The notes beneath the pieces were generated by a model. The model was given only the letters and a program-made list of their open reading frames with translations, ran no database searches and was not told where the DNA came from. The translations under genes and the position numbers were made by a program. Below are positions 18,444 to 28,081 of a stretch of 64,000 bases of DNA, one piece after another. The DNA is taken from IMG/VR virus record IMGVR_UViG_3300028800_000064, positions 33,241 to 97,240 of that record, one strand, 5' to 3'. Each line of letters starts with the position of its first letter. Position 1 is the stretch's first letter. This DNA comes from a virus.

Positions 18444-21434
18444 ATGATTACGTTGACAAATGGTTTGCCGCAGGGTCCGAACGGTTTAATTGTGCCGAAC
18501 GGCTCGATCAAGTTTCAACTGAACATCGACGCTACTGTGATCGCCGCGCCGGGCGGTTTCGTCGCGGCGGATATTCCTGTGGTGTTTCAGTTCAACGCGG
18601 CTGGGCAGATTCAACCAAATCCGCCCGCAGCCGCTGCGCAAATTTACAGCAACGCGGAGCTGAATCCGCAAAACTCGATTGGTCTGGGCACGTACTATTT
18701 GGTCACGTTCTACGATCAGAACGGCGCGCAGTTGAATATGTCGCCCATGTGGTGGCAGTTTTATGAAGCGGCAGGCTCGACGGTGGATATCAGTCAGATC
18801 ACTCCGGTGTCTACCGTAGGAGGCAACGTGATTTTTTATCCGACACCAAACTTCACGAACAACATTGCGTGGAATGATATTCTTCCGGCCACGGGCAACA
18901 TGGCTTTGAATAATGGGGCGTTCACGACTACGATCACCTCTTCCGGGTTGTTTGACATTGAGGGGCCGTTTCAGGTAGATGGTCCAGCTACGTTCACGGA
19001 GCAGATTACGAATGTAGGAGCTTTGATTATCTCCCCGACCACGATTTCTTTTGCGGCTCCCACGGTAACTCCGGCAGTCTCCGGCAGTTCGGTGTGGTCT
19101 TATCAAGTCGCTGCGTTCCGCTCCAATGTTTTGATTGCTCTCTCCGCTGTGGGTACCACATCAGTCGGAACGGCGACGTTGAGTGGTACGGATTTTAATA
19201 CCGTCACATGGGCGGCAGTTCCAACTGCGGATACCTACGTGGTGCAGATGGTCGCGAGTCCTGCCCAGAATCCAGAAGGCATTTTCACAGGAGCGGGTAT
19301 CGTGGCAGTGCTGAGTGCTCCCACGGTCACCTATAATGATGTCTCCGGGTTACCCCACTACGGTGCTGGTAATAACGCCTGGTTGTATGGGTCTGAGTCG
19401 GGTTTTGTGGGGATCACCACTGGGCTGCACATCGGCCCAGCGTTTACGGCCTTCTCCGGGGCGTTTCCCTTTACTGCCGACTTGGCGGCGGGTTCTCCGC
19501 TTGTTGTGAACTCCATCAGCAGTAATTCCGCGATTGTGGGAAACCTCCAGGTGTCTGGAGCGCAGTCCGGTTTTCCGAACTACCTGGCGACGGGATATCT
19601 TGCGTTAGAGGTCACCGCAGCTAACACGGGGTTATTCACCAGCGCGCTATACGTGGCTTCCGATTATACGGGTTCGACCGGAACCCAAGAATTTTTGTTT
19701 GGTATCATCGCCAGTCCCACGCATTCAGGTTCGGGCGCGCTGACAAACCTCGGCGGCTATTATTGCGCCTGCAACCCATATGGGACCGGCGCACTCGACA
19801 CCATGTTCTGCTTTGAGGCCGACACGCCAGAGCCGCCAGGCGGAACGCTAGCAACAAACATCGGCGTCTGGATCAACGATCAGTCGGGCATCGCCACCAG
19901 CAACTACGGTTTGAAACTCGACGCGCTCACCAATGTCGGAGCCGGAAATTGGGCTATCTACGCCGACAACGGAATAGTAGATTTGGGCGGCAACCTGAGT
20001 ACTCAAAACAGAACAGCCGCCATTAGCACTGTGAATCGGTCTTCTCCCACGTTCACGTTAGGCGGCCACTATTGGACGGGCTCCGTATCGGCGGTGGACT
20101 CCTGGACGCTGCAGGATTTTCTGTACCTCGGAGCCGTGTATACTTTGTCCGCTGCTTCAAACGCAGCCGGGGGTCAGACAACATACACTGGTGTTTTCAT
20201 CCCGACGCTGCCAGTCGGCACAACGCTGACCATTGCGGGATTTTCGAATGCGGGTAACAACGGAAGTTTTACGGTTACGGACAATCGTGGAAATTCGCTG
20301 GTGGTTGGAAACTCGGGCGGGGTGTTGGAAAGTCATGTCGCTACGGCCACGGTGACATCAGGCAGTGGCAGTGCGCTGCTCTTTACGCACGCTGGGTCTT
20401 CTAGTCGGACCCAGATTTTGATCCCGAATGCTTTTAGCAACTACCCAGATTTGGCGTTCGAGGGAGACACTGGATTAGGATTTTCGAATCTGGGGTCTTC
20501 TGAACTGCAGCTTTCGTGCGGCCCATCGGCTGCCTTTTTGTGGACGACGAATACGTTCGAAGTAGGTGTTGGAGATATGTGTTTCGGCCCTGCCGGGGTC
20601 GCCATGGTGTCTCTGCACACGGACCCGACAACGACATACGCTTTGTCGGCGGCGTCAAACGCATCGGCGGGCAACACGACATACACGGGGGTTTTTTCTC
20701 CTGTGGTTCCTGTGGGGGCGAAAGTTAACGTCGGTGGATTTACAAACTTCGGAAACAACGTAACCTATGGTGTCACAGTCTCCTGCAATAGCACAACCTT
20801 AGTTGTGGTCAATCCCAATGGTGTAGCCGAAACCAAAGTGGCCTCGGTCTCGACCAGCAACCCGTGCTTTTTTGTGGGGCTGGGCGGATCGGCGGTTTCC
20901 GGCTTTACGGCGACTCTGGGGGTTCCGCCACAGGGCTACGATCCTCCCGCTACGGGAACATGGACAAGTAGCCAAGCCGGGCGGCTGTGGTTCAACACCG
21001 CCACCTCGCAACTGCGATACTGGGACGGCGTAGAAACCGCATCAGTGCCGGGCACGGTCGCCACATCGCACTTGACCGCGCAAGCCGCTGCGATCTCCGC
21101 GACAACCATCTATGCGGTTCCCGCTGCTTTGGGGGGCCTGTATGAAATTTCGTGGTCGGCGACGGTAACGGTTGTGGATGGCAGCTCATCCACACTCGGT
21201 GGTGCCACGGGCTTTCAGGCGAAGTACACAAACGTGAATGACTCTGTAGTGAAAACTACCAACCCCACAACCGCGACGATTTCAGCCGGAAATACTACGG
21301 CAACATCGATTGGCGGGACTGTTGTGGCCTACTGTAAGGGCGGCACGAATCTGCAGTATCTGTTCGGGTACACGAGCAATACTCCAGGGCAGATGAATTA
21401 CGATTTGAACATCTACGTGCGGTACCTCGGATAA
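18444..21434 (+). CDS. Tail fibre / receptor-binding protein
   Basis: 996 aa, G/T/S/A-rich, internal duplicated module YxLSAASNA..TTYTGVF. Confidence 0.75.
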   Translation: MITLTNGLPQGPNGLIVPNGSIKFQLNIDATVIAAPGGFVAADIPVVFQFNAAGQIQPNPPAAAAQIYSNAELNPQNSIGLGTYYLVTFYDQNGAQLNMSPMWWQFYEAAGSTVDISQITPVSTVGGNVIFYPTPNFTNNIAWNDILPATGNMALNNGAFTTTITSSGLFDIEGPFQVDGPATFTEQITNVGALIISPTTISFAAPTVTPAVSGSSVWSYQVAAFRSNVLIALSAVGTTSVGTATLSGTDFNTVTWAAVPTADTYVVQMVASPAQNPEGIFTGAGIVAVLSAPTVTYNDVSGLPHYGAGNNAWLYGSESGFVGITTGLHIGPAFTAFSGAFPFTADLAAGSPLVVNSISSNSAIVGNLQVSGAQSGFPNYLATGYLALEVTAANTGLFTSALYVASDYTGSTGTQEFLFGIIASPTHSGSGALTNLGGYYCACNPYGTGALDTMFCFEADTPEPPGGTLATNIGVWINDQSGIATSNYGLKLDALTNVGAGNWAIYADNGIVDLGGNLSTQNRTAAISTVNRSSPTFTLGGHYWTGSVSAVDSWTLQDFLYLGAVYTLSAASNAAGGQTTYTGVFIPTLPVGTTLTIAGFSNAGNNGSFTVTDNRGNSLVVGNSGGVLESHVATATVTSGSGSALLFTHAGSSSRTQILIPNAFSNYPDLAFEGDTGLGFSNLGSSELQLSCGPSAAFLWTTNTFEVGVGDMCFGPAGVAMVSLHTDPTTTYALSAASNASAGNTTYTGVFSPVVPVGAKVNVGGFTNFGNNVTYGVTVSCNSTTLVVVNPNGVAETKVASVSTSNPCFFVGLGGSAVSGFTATLGVPPQGYDPPATGTWTSSQAGRLWFNTATSQLRYWDGVETASVPGTVATSHLTAQAAAISATTIYAVPAALGGLYEISWSATVTVVDGSSSTLGGATGFQAKYTNVNDSVVKTTNPTTATISAGNTTATSIGGTVVAYCKGGTNLQYLFGYTSNTPGQMNYDLNIYVRYLG

Positions 21435-21527
21435 GACGAGATGCTGTTGGGCGCAGCGGTAACTGAAACAAGACTTTCCCTTCCATAAGTGAGGGTCTAC
21501 CCTCAATCACATAGTCTTGGGTGTATC

Positions 21528-24500
21528 ATGGCGCGCCGATTAAGCGCATCCGATCCGATCTTGTCCATCGATTTCTGGACATCCGGATTTTATACATATC
21601 GCTCGCAGCTGTTCGCTCCGTTCAAGGGAATCGGAGTCAACGTAGTGTCTTTCCACGACCCGGTGATTGCGGGCAGCAACATGGAAGACACCGACAAGCT
21701 GGAGTGGCAACGCCGTCCCGGCTTCTCTATATTCTGCCCGATCCCTCTCGCTGACGATGAAGTTGTCAATCAGTTCTATTCTTATCGGAATTTGAATGGT
21801 GTCGTGGTTTCCCTGTTCGACTCGACCACGCGCTTGGCCTCTTTCACGGATACGACGCTAACGCCCATTATCACGAAGACCACATCCGAACAGGGTTTCA
21901 TCAGCGCGGTTGGGAATATGTTTTATTTCTCCGACGGAGCTTCTGCCGATCTATACAAGTTCGACGGGGCGAACGTCAGTGTCTGGGGGCTGGCTGCGCC
22001 GACTGTGACGCCTACAGTTTCAGGCATGGGTTTTTGGCAACCGTTTACCAGCAGCAGCAAAATCGGGACGATCCTGGACACGAATGGAAGCATCGAAAGC
22101 TTGTCCAGCGTCTTCAGTCCGAACGGGACGCAGGAGTCTCCGGGTTCCAGCGACATTATTTTCATTCCGGGCGGCGGTGGCAACGGCGGCAGCGCGGCGA
22201 ACTGGGCGGGGGGCGCATTTCCCGGTGCGAAATATACTGAGACGTTCAACGATTGTTTTAGCCACTACCTGTTTTTGAACAGCTTCAATTTCCATATTCC
22301 GGCTGCAGCTACCATCACTGGGATCGAAGTGATTCTGTACAAGTACGCGGACAATGTCGTCAATCCGGCGAGTTTCGTGCAAGATCGGAACGTGTTCTTG
22401 GTGGTTGGCGGAACTCCTGTGGGGTCGGATCGCGCGAAGGTGGGCAACTGGACCGACTCAGGGCTCGTGCCATATGTGTACGGCGGTAAGACCGATCTGT
22501 GGGGGCTGACCCCCAGTCCTGCGGACATCAACGCCAACGGTTTGTCTGGATTCGGCGTGGTCCTGTCGGCGAATCTTTTTACATCGTCCGCGAACGTGGA
22601 TGCGGTCGTGGGGGTTTCCTCGCCTGTTGCGCCGGTCGTCACGATTTATTTCACCGTGCCTTCCGGAACGCCGACGCCTGGATTGTCGGGCGCGACCGAG
22701 CCTGTCTGGCCCACCGCTGTGAATGGCGTCGTGACCGATGGCGGAATTGCGTGGAGCAATTTCGGTCCTATCGCGACTTGGTTTCCATTTACGAATTATC
22801 CCCCGCCGGTTGTGATTTTGGATATCAACGGCAATCTGCAGCTCGGTACTGCCACAACACCCGTGGTGTTGGCGTGGGACGCTGGGACGACCTACTCGAC
22901 CGGGGACCTGGTGAGTTTCGGCGGCTCGTATTGGATTTCTGTCTTCCCCACGGCGAACATGGGGGTCGCGCCGAACTCTGTGACCACCGCGACAACCGGA
23001 GGAACCACTTCAGCTTACTGGGCTCCAGCATCTTCGCCAGTTCAAACAGGTCCAATCATGCCCGTGTGGCAAACCACACTTGGTGCGATCACCGATGATG
23101 GTGACTATGCGTGGGAGAACATTGGCCAGGGGACGGGTTTGGCTTTCGTGGGCTACTCCTATGTCTATGGGTACCGCACAGTCTATGGTCATCTGACTAC
23201 ATCCTCGCAGACGAGCCTGAATACCGGGGCGATCCTGGGGCCGCTGAACGGAAGCATCACCGCATTCTCCATTACCGGCGATGTGGTGACGTTTACGGGG
23301 AACAATAATTTCGTGGTTGGGAACGTGTTTGAAGTGACGGGATTGACGGTTGGGATATATCTGAACAACCAATCGTTCACAGTTCTTTCGGCGGTGCCTT
23401 CGGCAACATTCCCGTTAACGCAGGTTCAGGTGACGACCAACGTTGTGACGGTTACTGCCCTCAACAATCTGATAGCTGGTCAAACAGTGACGTTCAACAA
23501 TGTGGCCTCTGCGAGTTTTCTCAACGGCGTGACCGCGACGGTGTTGGCATCTGGATTGTCGGGCACCCAGTTTGAAGTGGACCTGACGAATCCGGATTAC
23601 GGCCCAACGGCGGATTCAGGAAATGTGGTCATCGTCGGAAGTTGGACTGCGTCCTTTATGCACGCGGACGTGGGTGCAACCACCGACACGGGCGTTGCGC
23701 TGCCGCTGATCGCTACCATCACAGGCATGGGGACGGGCTCGCCGCTCAGCAATTCGGTGGCCAATATCACAGCTGTGAGCGTGGCCGCAAACATTGTCAC
23801 GCTCATCGCCAGTAACAACTTTCAACCAGGCATTTGGGTGACGCTGGCAGGATTGACGAACGCCACATTCTTGAACGGGATTCAGTTTCAAGTGATCTCC
23901 GTAGATAAGCTTGTGGGCACTTTGAACACTCAGTTCCAGGTGTTTCTTGAAAACGCGGATTACGTGCAGACTGCGGATACGGGGACCGCGACCTTCAACG
24001 CGATTGAGATTTACCGTACCAGCGACGGTGGCGGGGTGTATCTGTTTGATGGCGCGGTGACCAATCCCGGCGCGGGCGCAACATGGACCTACAATGATTT
24101 TGTGATCGACGCTGATTTGGATGTGCTGTTGGTGGCCCCCCAGGGACACCAGAATGATCCCCCGCCAGGCGGCGCGGGCTCGACGATCACGCCCGTGGGG
24201 ACGCTGTCGGTTTATTGGCAGGGTCGCCTGTGGCTGGTTGTGGGGAACTTCGTCTATTTCGACGCGGGTCCGGACTGCACCAATGGTATCCCCGAGGAAT
24301 CATGGCCCCCTGGCAACCGTTTCCAGTTCGCAGGCCCTGTGTTCGGTCTGGAGATCACAGCGGACGGCGTTGGTCTCCTTGTTTACCTGGCCGACAGGGT
24401 TGCGGCCATCTTGGGCGGCCCTGAGACAATTTCATTCTATGCGACCAATGCGCTGTCGAATTTCGGCATTTCCAACTTTAACGCGATCTTCCGCGATGGG

Positions 24501-25766
24501 TCGGTCATCGGGCAGTTTACTACACAGCGTCAGTATTTTGAATTGCTGGAGAAAGAGAAGCAAGAGATCGGGTCACACATCGCGGACTATTTGACCCAGA
24601 ATTTCGACGCGGCGTCCACATACGTGACGATGCATCGTGACGGTCTGGACGTGGGTGTCTTCCTGAGCAACGGTGTGGATCAAGTTCTTCGGTTTGGAAG
24701 CAACATCAGTGCGTGGAGTGTTCCAGCCTTCCCCACCTTTGGTGCGGGCGCGCTGCGTTCGATTGAAACCGCAGTGGGTGTGTACAGCTTGATGTTGGCG
24801 ACACCGCGTGGCGGAGTGACGGCCACCGTTGGCCCGGTGAATCCAACCTCCGGCACCAGTGTCGGCGCGGGAACCGCATGGCTGACACCCAACAATATCA
24901 CGTTGGGCAATCCGGCAGATTATGCTACCGCGACCTTTGCAGGCTCAGGCACATCGGCCATTTTGCGCGCGGCGGGCTACCCTGCGGCGCTGAGTGTTCC
25001 CACAACGGCAGTGATCCAGGGTGTAACCGTTTCGATTGTCGGAAAGCAAACGACCGCCTCGAATCTGACTGTGACGATCACGCCGACAAATGCGGTTGCT
25101 GGCGCGGAGACTCACACGTTCAGCTTCGGGACGACGAACACTACGGAAACTTTTGGCAGCTCGACCGATCTATGGGGGATGCCGTGGGGAAGCCCTGTCA
25201 GCGGAGTGATTGGTTTTGACATCACAACCGCCAATACCGGGGGCGGCACGCCCGAGGTTTTTGTGGCCGAAGTCCGCGTTACCGTGACCTATCAAAATCC
25301 AGGGAACTATCTGTACGCGCGCGACACCAACTCCTGGGGTGACGCCGGAGTATACGGCGCGAATAACGGGACGCCGTACGACACTACGAACATCACAGTC
25401 GGCAGCATCACGCTATCTCAACCTGGCGGTCTGCTCATCCCACTGCAGCATGTCGTGGGATACTTCGACGCGGCAGGTACGCTTGACCATGGCGGTCCCT
25501 CGATCCCGAACATCTGGATCATGCCGAACGAGATTTCCGACGACGCGGGCATCGGATTCGTTTACTTGCCCGAGGTATCGCAGGAGCCCCCTACCGGGCA
25601 GAATATGCCGTCCAAGTCTTTGTTGTCCTTGCGGTGGCCGGTGAACATGGTGAACAGCAACACAATGTCTCAGTTTATCCATCACCTGCAGGTGAAGATT
25701 CAGTTTGAACCTGAGAATGCGCCGAACACGATCAAAGTGTTGGCGTTCAAACAAGATCAGTCATAA
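21528..25766 (+). CDS. Large tail protein (nozzle-like) with repeated inserted domains
   Basis: About 1410 aa; IEIYRTSDGG, WQGRLW, EESWP; three beta repeats; AWDAGTTYSTGDLV carbohydrate-binding-like motif. Confidence 0.75.
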   Translation: MARRLSASDPILSIDFWTSGFYTYRSQLFAPFKGIGVNVVSFHDPVIAGSNMEDTDKLEWQRRPGFSIFCPIPLADDEVVNQFYSYRNLNGVVVSLFDSTTRLASFTDTTLTPIITKTTSEQGFISAVGNMFYFSDGASADLYKFDGANVSVWGLAAPTVTPTVSGMGFWQPFTSSSKIGTILDTNGSIESLSSVFSPNGTQESPGSSDIIFIPGGGGNGGSAANWAGGAFPGAKYTETFNDCFSHYLFLNSFNFHIPAAATITGIEVILYKYADNVVNPASFVQDRNVFLVVGGTPVGSDRAKVGNWTDSGLVPYVYGGKTDLWGLTPSPADINANGLSGFGVVLSANLFTSSANVDAVVGVSSPVAPVVTIYFTVPSGTPTPGLSGATEPVWPTAVNGVVTDGGIAWSNFGPIATWFPFTNYPPPVVILDINGNLQLGTATTPVVLAWDAGTTYSTGDLVSFGGSYWISVFPTANMGVAPNSVTTATTGGTTSAYWAPASSPVQTGPIMPVWQTTLGAITDDGDYAWENIGQGTGLAFVGYSYVYGYRTVYGHLTTSSQTSLNTGAILGPLNGSITAFSITGDVVTFTGNNNFVVGNVFEVTGLTVGIYLNNQSFTVLSAVPSATFPLTQVQVTTNVVTVTALNNLIAGQTVTFNNVASASFLNGVTATVLASGLSGTQFEVDLTNPDYGPTADSGNVVIVGSWTASFMHADVGATTDTGVALPLIATITGMGTGSPLSNSVANITAVSVAANIVTLIASNNFQPGIWVTLAGLTNATFLNGIQFQVISVDKLVGTLNTQFQVFLENADYVQTADTGTATFNAIEIYRTSDGGGVYLFDGAVTNPGAGATWTYNDFVIDADLDVLLVAPQGHQNDPPPGGAGSTITPVGTLSVYWQGRLWLVVGNFVYFDAGPDCTNGIPEESWPPGNRFQFAGPVFGLEITADGVGLLVYLADRVAAILGGPETISFYATNALSNFGISNFNAIFRDGSVIGQFTTQRQYFELLEKEKQEIGSHIADYLTQNFDAASTYVTMHRDGLDVGVFLSNGVDQVLRFGSNISAWSVPAFPTFGAGALRSIETAVGVYSLMLATPRGGVTATVGPVNPTSGTSVGAGTAWLTPNNITLGNPADYATATFAGSGTSAILRAAGYPAALSVPTTAVIQGVTVSIVGKQTTASNLTVTITPTNAVAGAETHTFSFGTTNTTETFGSSTDLWGMPWGSPVSGVIGFDITTANTGGGTPEVFVAEVRVTVTYQNPGNYLYARDTNSWGDAGVYGANNGTPYDTTNITVGSITLSQPGGLLIPLQHVVGYFDAAGTLDHGGPSIPNIWIMPNEISDDAGIGFVYLPEVSQEPPTGQNMPSKSLLSLRWPVNMVNSNTMSQFIHHLQVKIQFEPENAPNTIKVLAFKQDQS

Positions 25767-25775
25767 GGCGGTACT

Positions 25776-26255
25776 ATGAAAACACAGGATGATCGGCTTC
25801 AACCGCATGCGGGATCGACACCCAGCTCTCAGGTTGTGTGGCCTGCGAATCGGCAGCAAGCCAACCAGATTCAACAGACCAAGGGTTCAGCGAAGCCCCA
25901 GACGTTCGATGTGAAACCAACCACGCAACCCAACCAGTCGGCGGTTGCGCCGCGCACGACCCCAGGACCTGTAACCAACATTCGGGTGGTTTCGACGCGC
26001 CCGGCCAACGGCCAGAAGACCATTACGGTGCAGTTCAATCATCCGGCAGCAGACCCATATTTTGCAGGTGCGAATATCTACCTGCGTCGCGCAGGGAGCC
26101 AGCAGCCGGTGCTGGTAGCGGGGGGCGCGCAATCACCCTTGACGTTTACGGTGCCGGTGCATACCGCGCCGCACACCATTCACATCACCTCGTTTGGCAA
26201 CTGGGGGGAGACGGATGTGAAAACGAGCCCGAGTCGGCCCGTCCGGTTGATGTAG
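25776..26255 (+). CDS. Small FN3-like virion protein
   Basis: PGPVTNIRV..ANIYL..; position in the tail module. Confidence 0.55.
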   Translation: MKTQDDRLQPHAGSTPSSQVVWPANRQQANQIQQTKGSAKPQTFDVKPTTQPNQSAVAPRTTPGPVTNIRVVSTRPANGQKTITVQFNHPAADPYFAGANIYLRRAGSQQPVLVAGGAQSPLTFTVPVHTAPHTIHITSFGNWGETDVKTSPSRPVRLM

Positions 26256-26292
26256 AATTAAGACTTTGGTTTCTTAATCAGGGAGACCTTTT

Positions 26293-26739
26293 ATGAGCGG
26301 ACAGTGGACCTTTCGGCTGGCAGTACCGGAAGACGCGGAAGCATTTGCGCGCTGGGCGGCTGGTAACCCGCTGATCGATCCAAAGGACTTGCAGACAGGG
26401 CTCAAGAAAAACAATCCGACGATCTTGTTTTTCGCAGTAGAAAAAGATGGCGTTGTGCAGGCGTTCGCGCCGCTGTACTGCCCAATGATCTTGGCTTATC
26501 TGGGTTTCAACCCTGAGGCGACAAGCGAAGACAAAAAGCAAGCGATGCAGACGTTGCTGGACGGGGTTTCGGCGTTCGCGGTGCAGTTCGGGATTCGCGA
26601 GATCATAACGTTGAGCAAGGAAAAATATCCTGTTGCGCAGTGGGCTTTGGCCCATGGGTTTGAGATTGATCCGCGCCAGCTTTTGAAATTAGACTTGAAC
26701 AAAATTATGGAATCTGCAGAGGTACCAGCAAATGTGTAG
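26293..26739 (+). CDS. GNAT-fold protein ahead of the ejection proteins
   Basis: FRLAVPEDAE start, W..HGFE end; synteny as in podoviruses. Confidence 0.6.
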   Translation: MSGQWTFRLAVPEDAEAFARWAAGNPLIDPKDLQTGLKKNNPTILFFAVEKDGVVQAFAPLYCPMILAYLGFNPEATSEDKKQAMQTLLDGVSAFAVQFGIREIITLSKEKYPVAQWALAHGFEIDPRQLLKLDLNKIMESAEVPANV

Positions 26740-27349
26740 TAGTGGCGGTGCTGTTGCACATAACGACGAAGCTCTCCAAAACGCAAGCCTTGCTGCGTAC
26801 AAGGTGATGAATGCGGATTTTGGCACAACCTTCGCCGAACAGCAGCAGGTGCTTGGTCAGCAGCGCGCCAAGCTGGAGTCTATCGCAGCGAACCCGATGG
26901 GATATACGCCTGAACAACTGCATACGGCTACCACTTCGATCAACGATAATACGGCGACAGCAGCGAAACAAGCGATTGGTGCGGCGGCTTCCTACGCGGC
27001 GGCACATGGCGGCGCGGATATAGGTTCGGGTCCCACGGGCCAAATCGCGGGACAGATCGCATCAGGGGCGGCACAAAGCAAAGCCCAGCAACTGAGCGCG
27101 CTGAGTAACGCGAATCAGGAGATGAAGCAGCAAAATTTCAGGTATGCGATTAGCGGTCTGACCAATGTAGGAAGTGAGTACGGCAGCGAAGGCGGAACAG
27201 CCCTTAGCGGGGCTTCCAGCGATTCCAGCGGGGTGGTTAACTCAGGGTCGGGAGTCTTGGCGGCACAGGCCGCAGATCGCGCCAACACAATGGGACTGAT
27301 TAAGGGGATCGCTGGCCTCGTCACCTCGCCTTTCACGGGCAACGCTTAA
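26732..27349 (+). CDS. Putative internal virion/ejection protein
   Basis: MC start; A/G/Q-rich helical composition. Confidence 0.6.
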   Translation: MCSSGGAVAHNDEALQNASLAAYKVMNADFGTTFAEQQQVLGQQRAKLESIAANPMGYTPEQLHTATTSINDNTATAAKQAIGAAASYAAAHGGADIGSGPTGQIAGQIASGAAQSKAQQLSALSNANQEMKQQNFRYAISGLTNVGSEYGSEGGTALSGASSDSSGVVNSGSGVLAAQAADRANTMGLIKGIAGLVTSPFTGNA

Positions 27350-27362
27350 ATAAGGATTTCTC

Positions 27363-28076
27363 ATGTCCGAAAAAGTGAATTTGCAGCGGTCTTATAGCTC
27401 GTTGAACGAACGGCTCGCAAAACTGTTTGATGAGTCAGGCGTGCGGCGTTCTTTCACGATCCCGTACATTGACGGGCAGAAGACTGATGAACATATCCAA
27501 GCGGTTGGGCAGGTGGCCGCGCAAGCTGGCGGATTGACCAATAATTTGGTCACGTCATCTCATCATTCGACTGGGAAGGGTTGGGGAACCGGAGATGGCC
27601 ATACGGTTGGTCATCCCAGTGAGAAGCTCCGGGCCACGGTGATCCCCCAGAATGACGAGAACGCCAAATCCGCGATTGAGGCGGCGCAGAAGTACCTGAC
27701 AGACGTGGCAAAACTGGTTGGAGATGATGATCCGACTATCGTGGTTGCCAACCATCAGCTTGACCTGGTTAAGAAAACTGACGGCTCGGGAATGAATTTG
27801 CTGGACTTTGGTGTTATGCTGACTCAAATCATGTCGGCTCCTACGCAAGCGGTGGCGCGGGCACATTCCGGAACCAAGGATGGGGGGCATTCTCCTCAAC
27901 TCCGGGCTCCCGGCGCGCAAGCGGCTCAGGAATCGACGGACGAGCCCCAAGGCGAGGCTCCGGCGGCTGGACAGGCATCAGAGGGTCAGGAAGCGGCTCC
28001 GGCAGCCCAGGCGGCTCCTGCAGCTAACGCGACCCCATCTGGCGCAGCTCCTGCGGCAGCGCAGGCACAAGGATAA
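27363..28076 (+). CDS. Hypothetical protein, possibly virion-associated
   Basis: AAGGA RBS; Ala/Pro-rich tail. Confidence 0.65.
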   Translation: MSEKVNLQRSYSSLNERLAKLFDESGVRRSFTIPYIDGQKTDEHIQAVGQVAAQAGGLTNNLVTSSHHSTGKGWGTGDGHTVGHPSEKLRATVIPQNDENAKSAIEAAQKYLTDVAKLVGDDDPTIVVANHQLDLVKKTDGSGMNLLDFGVMLTQIMSAPTQAVARAHSGTKDGGHSPQLRAPGAQAAQESTDEPQGEAPAAGQASEGQEAAPAAQAAPAANATPSGAAPAAAQAQG

Positions 28077-28081
28077 CGATC

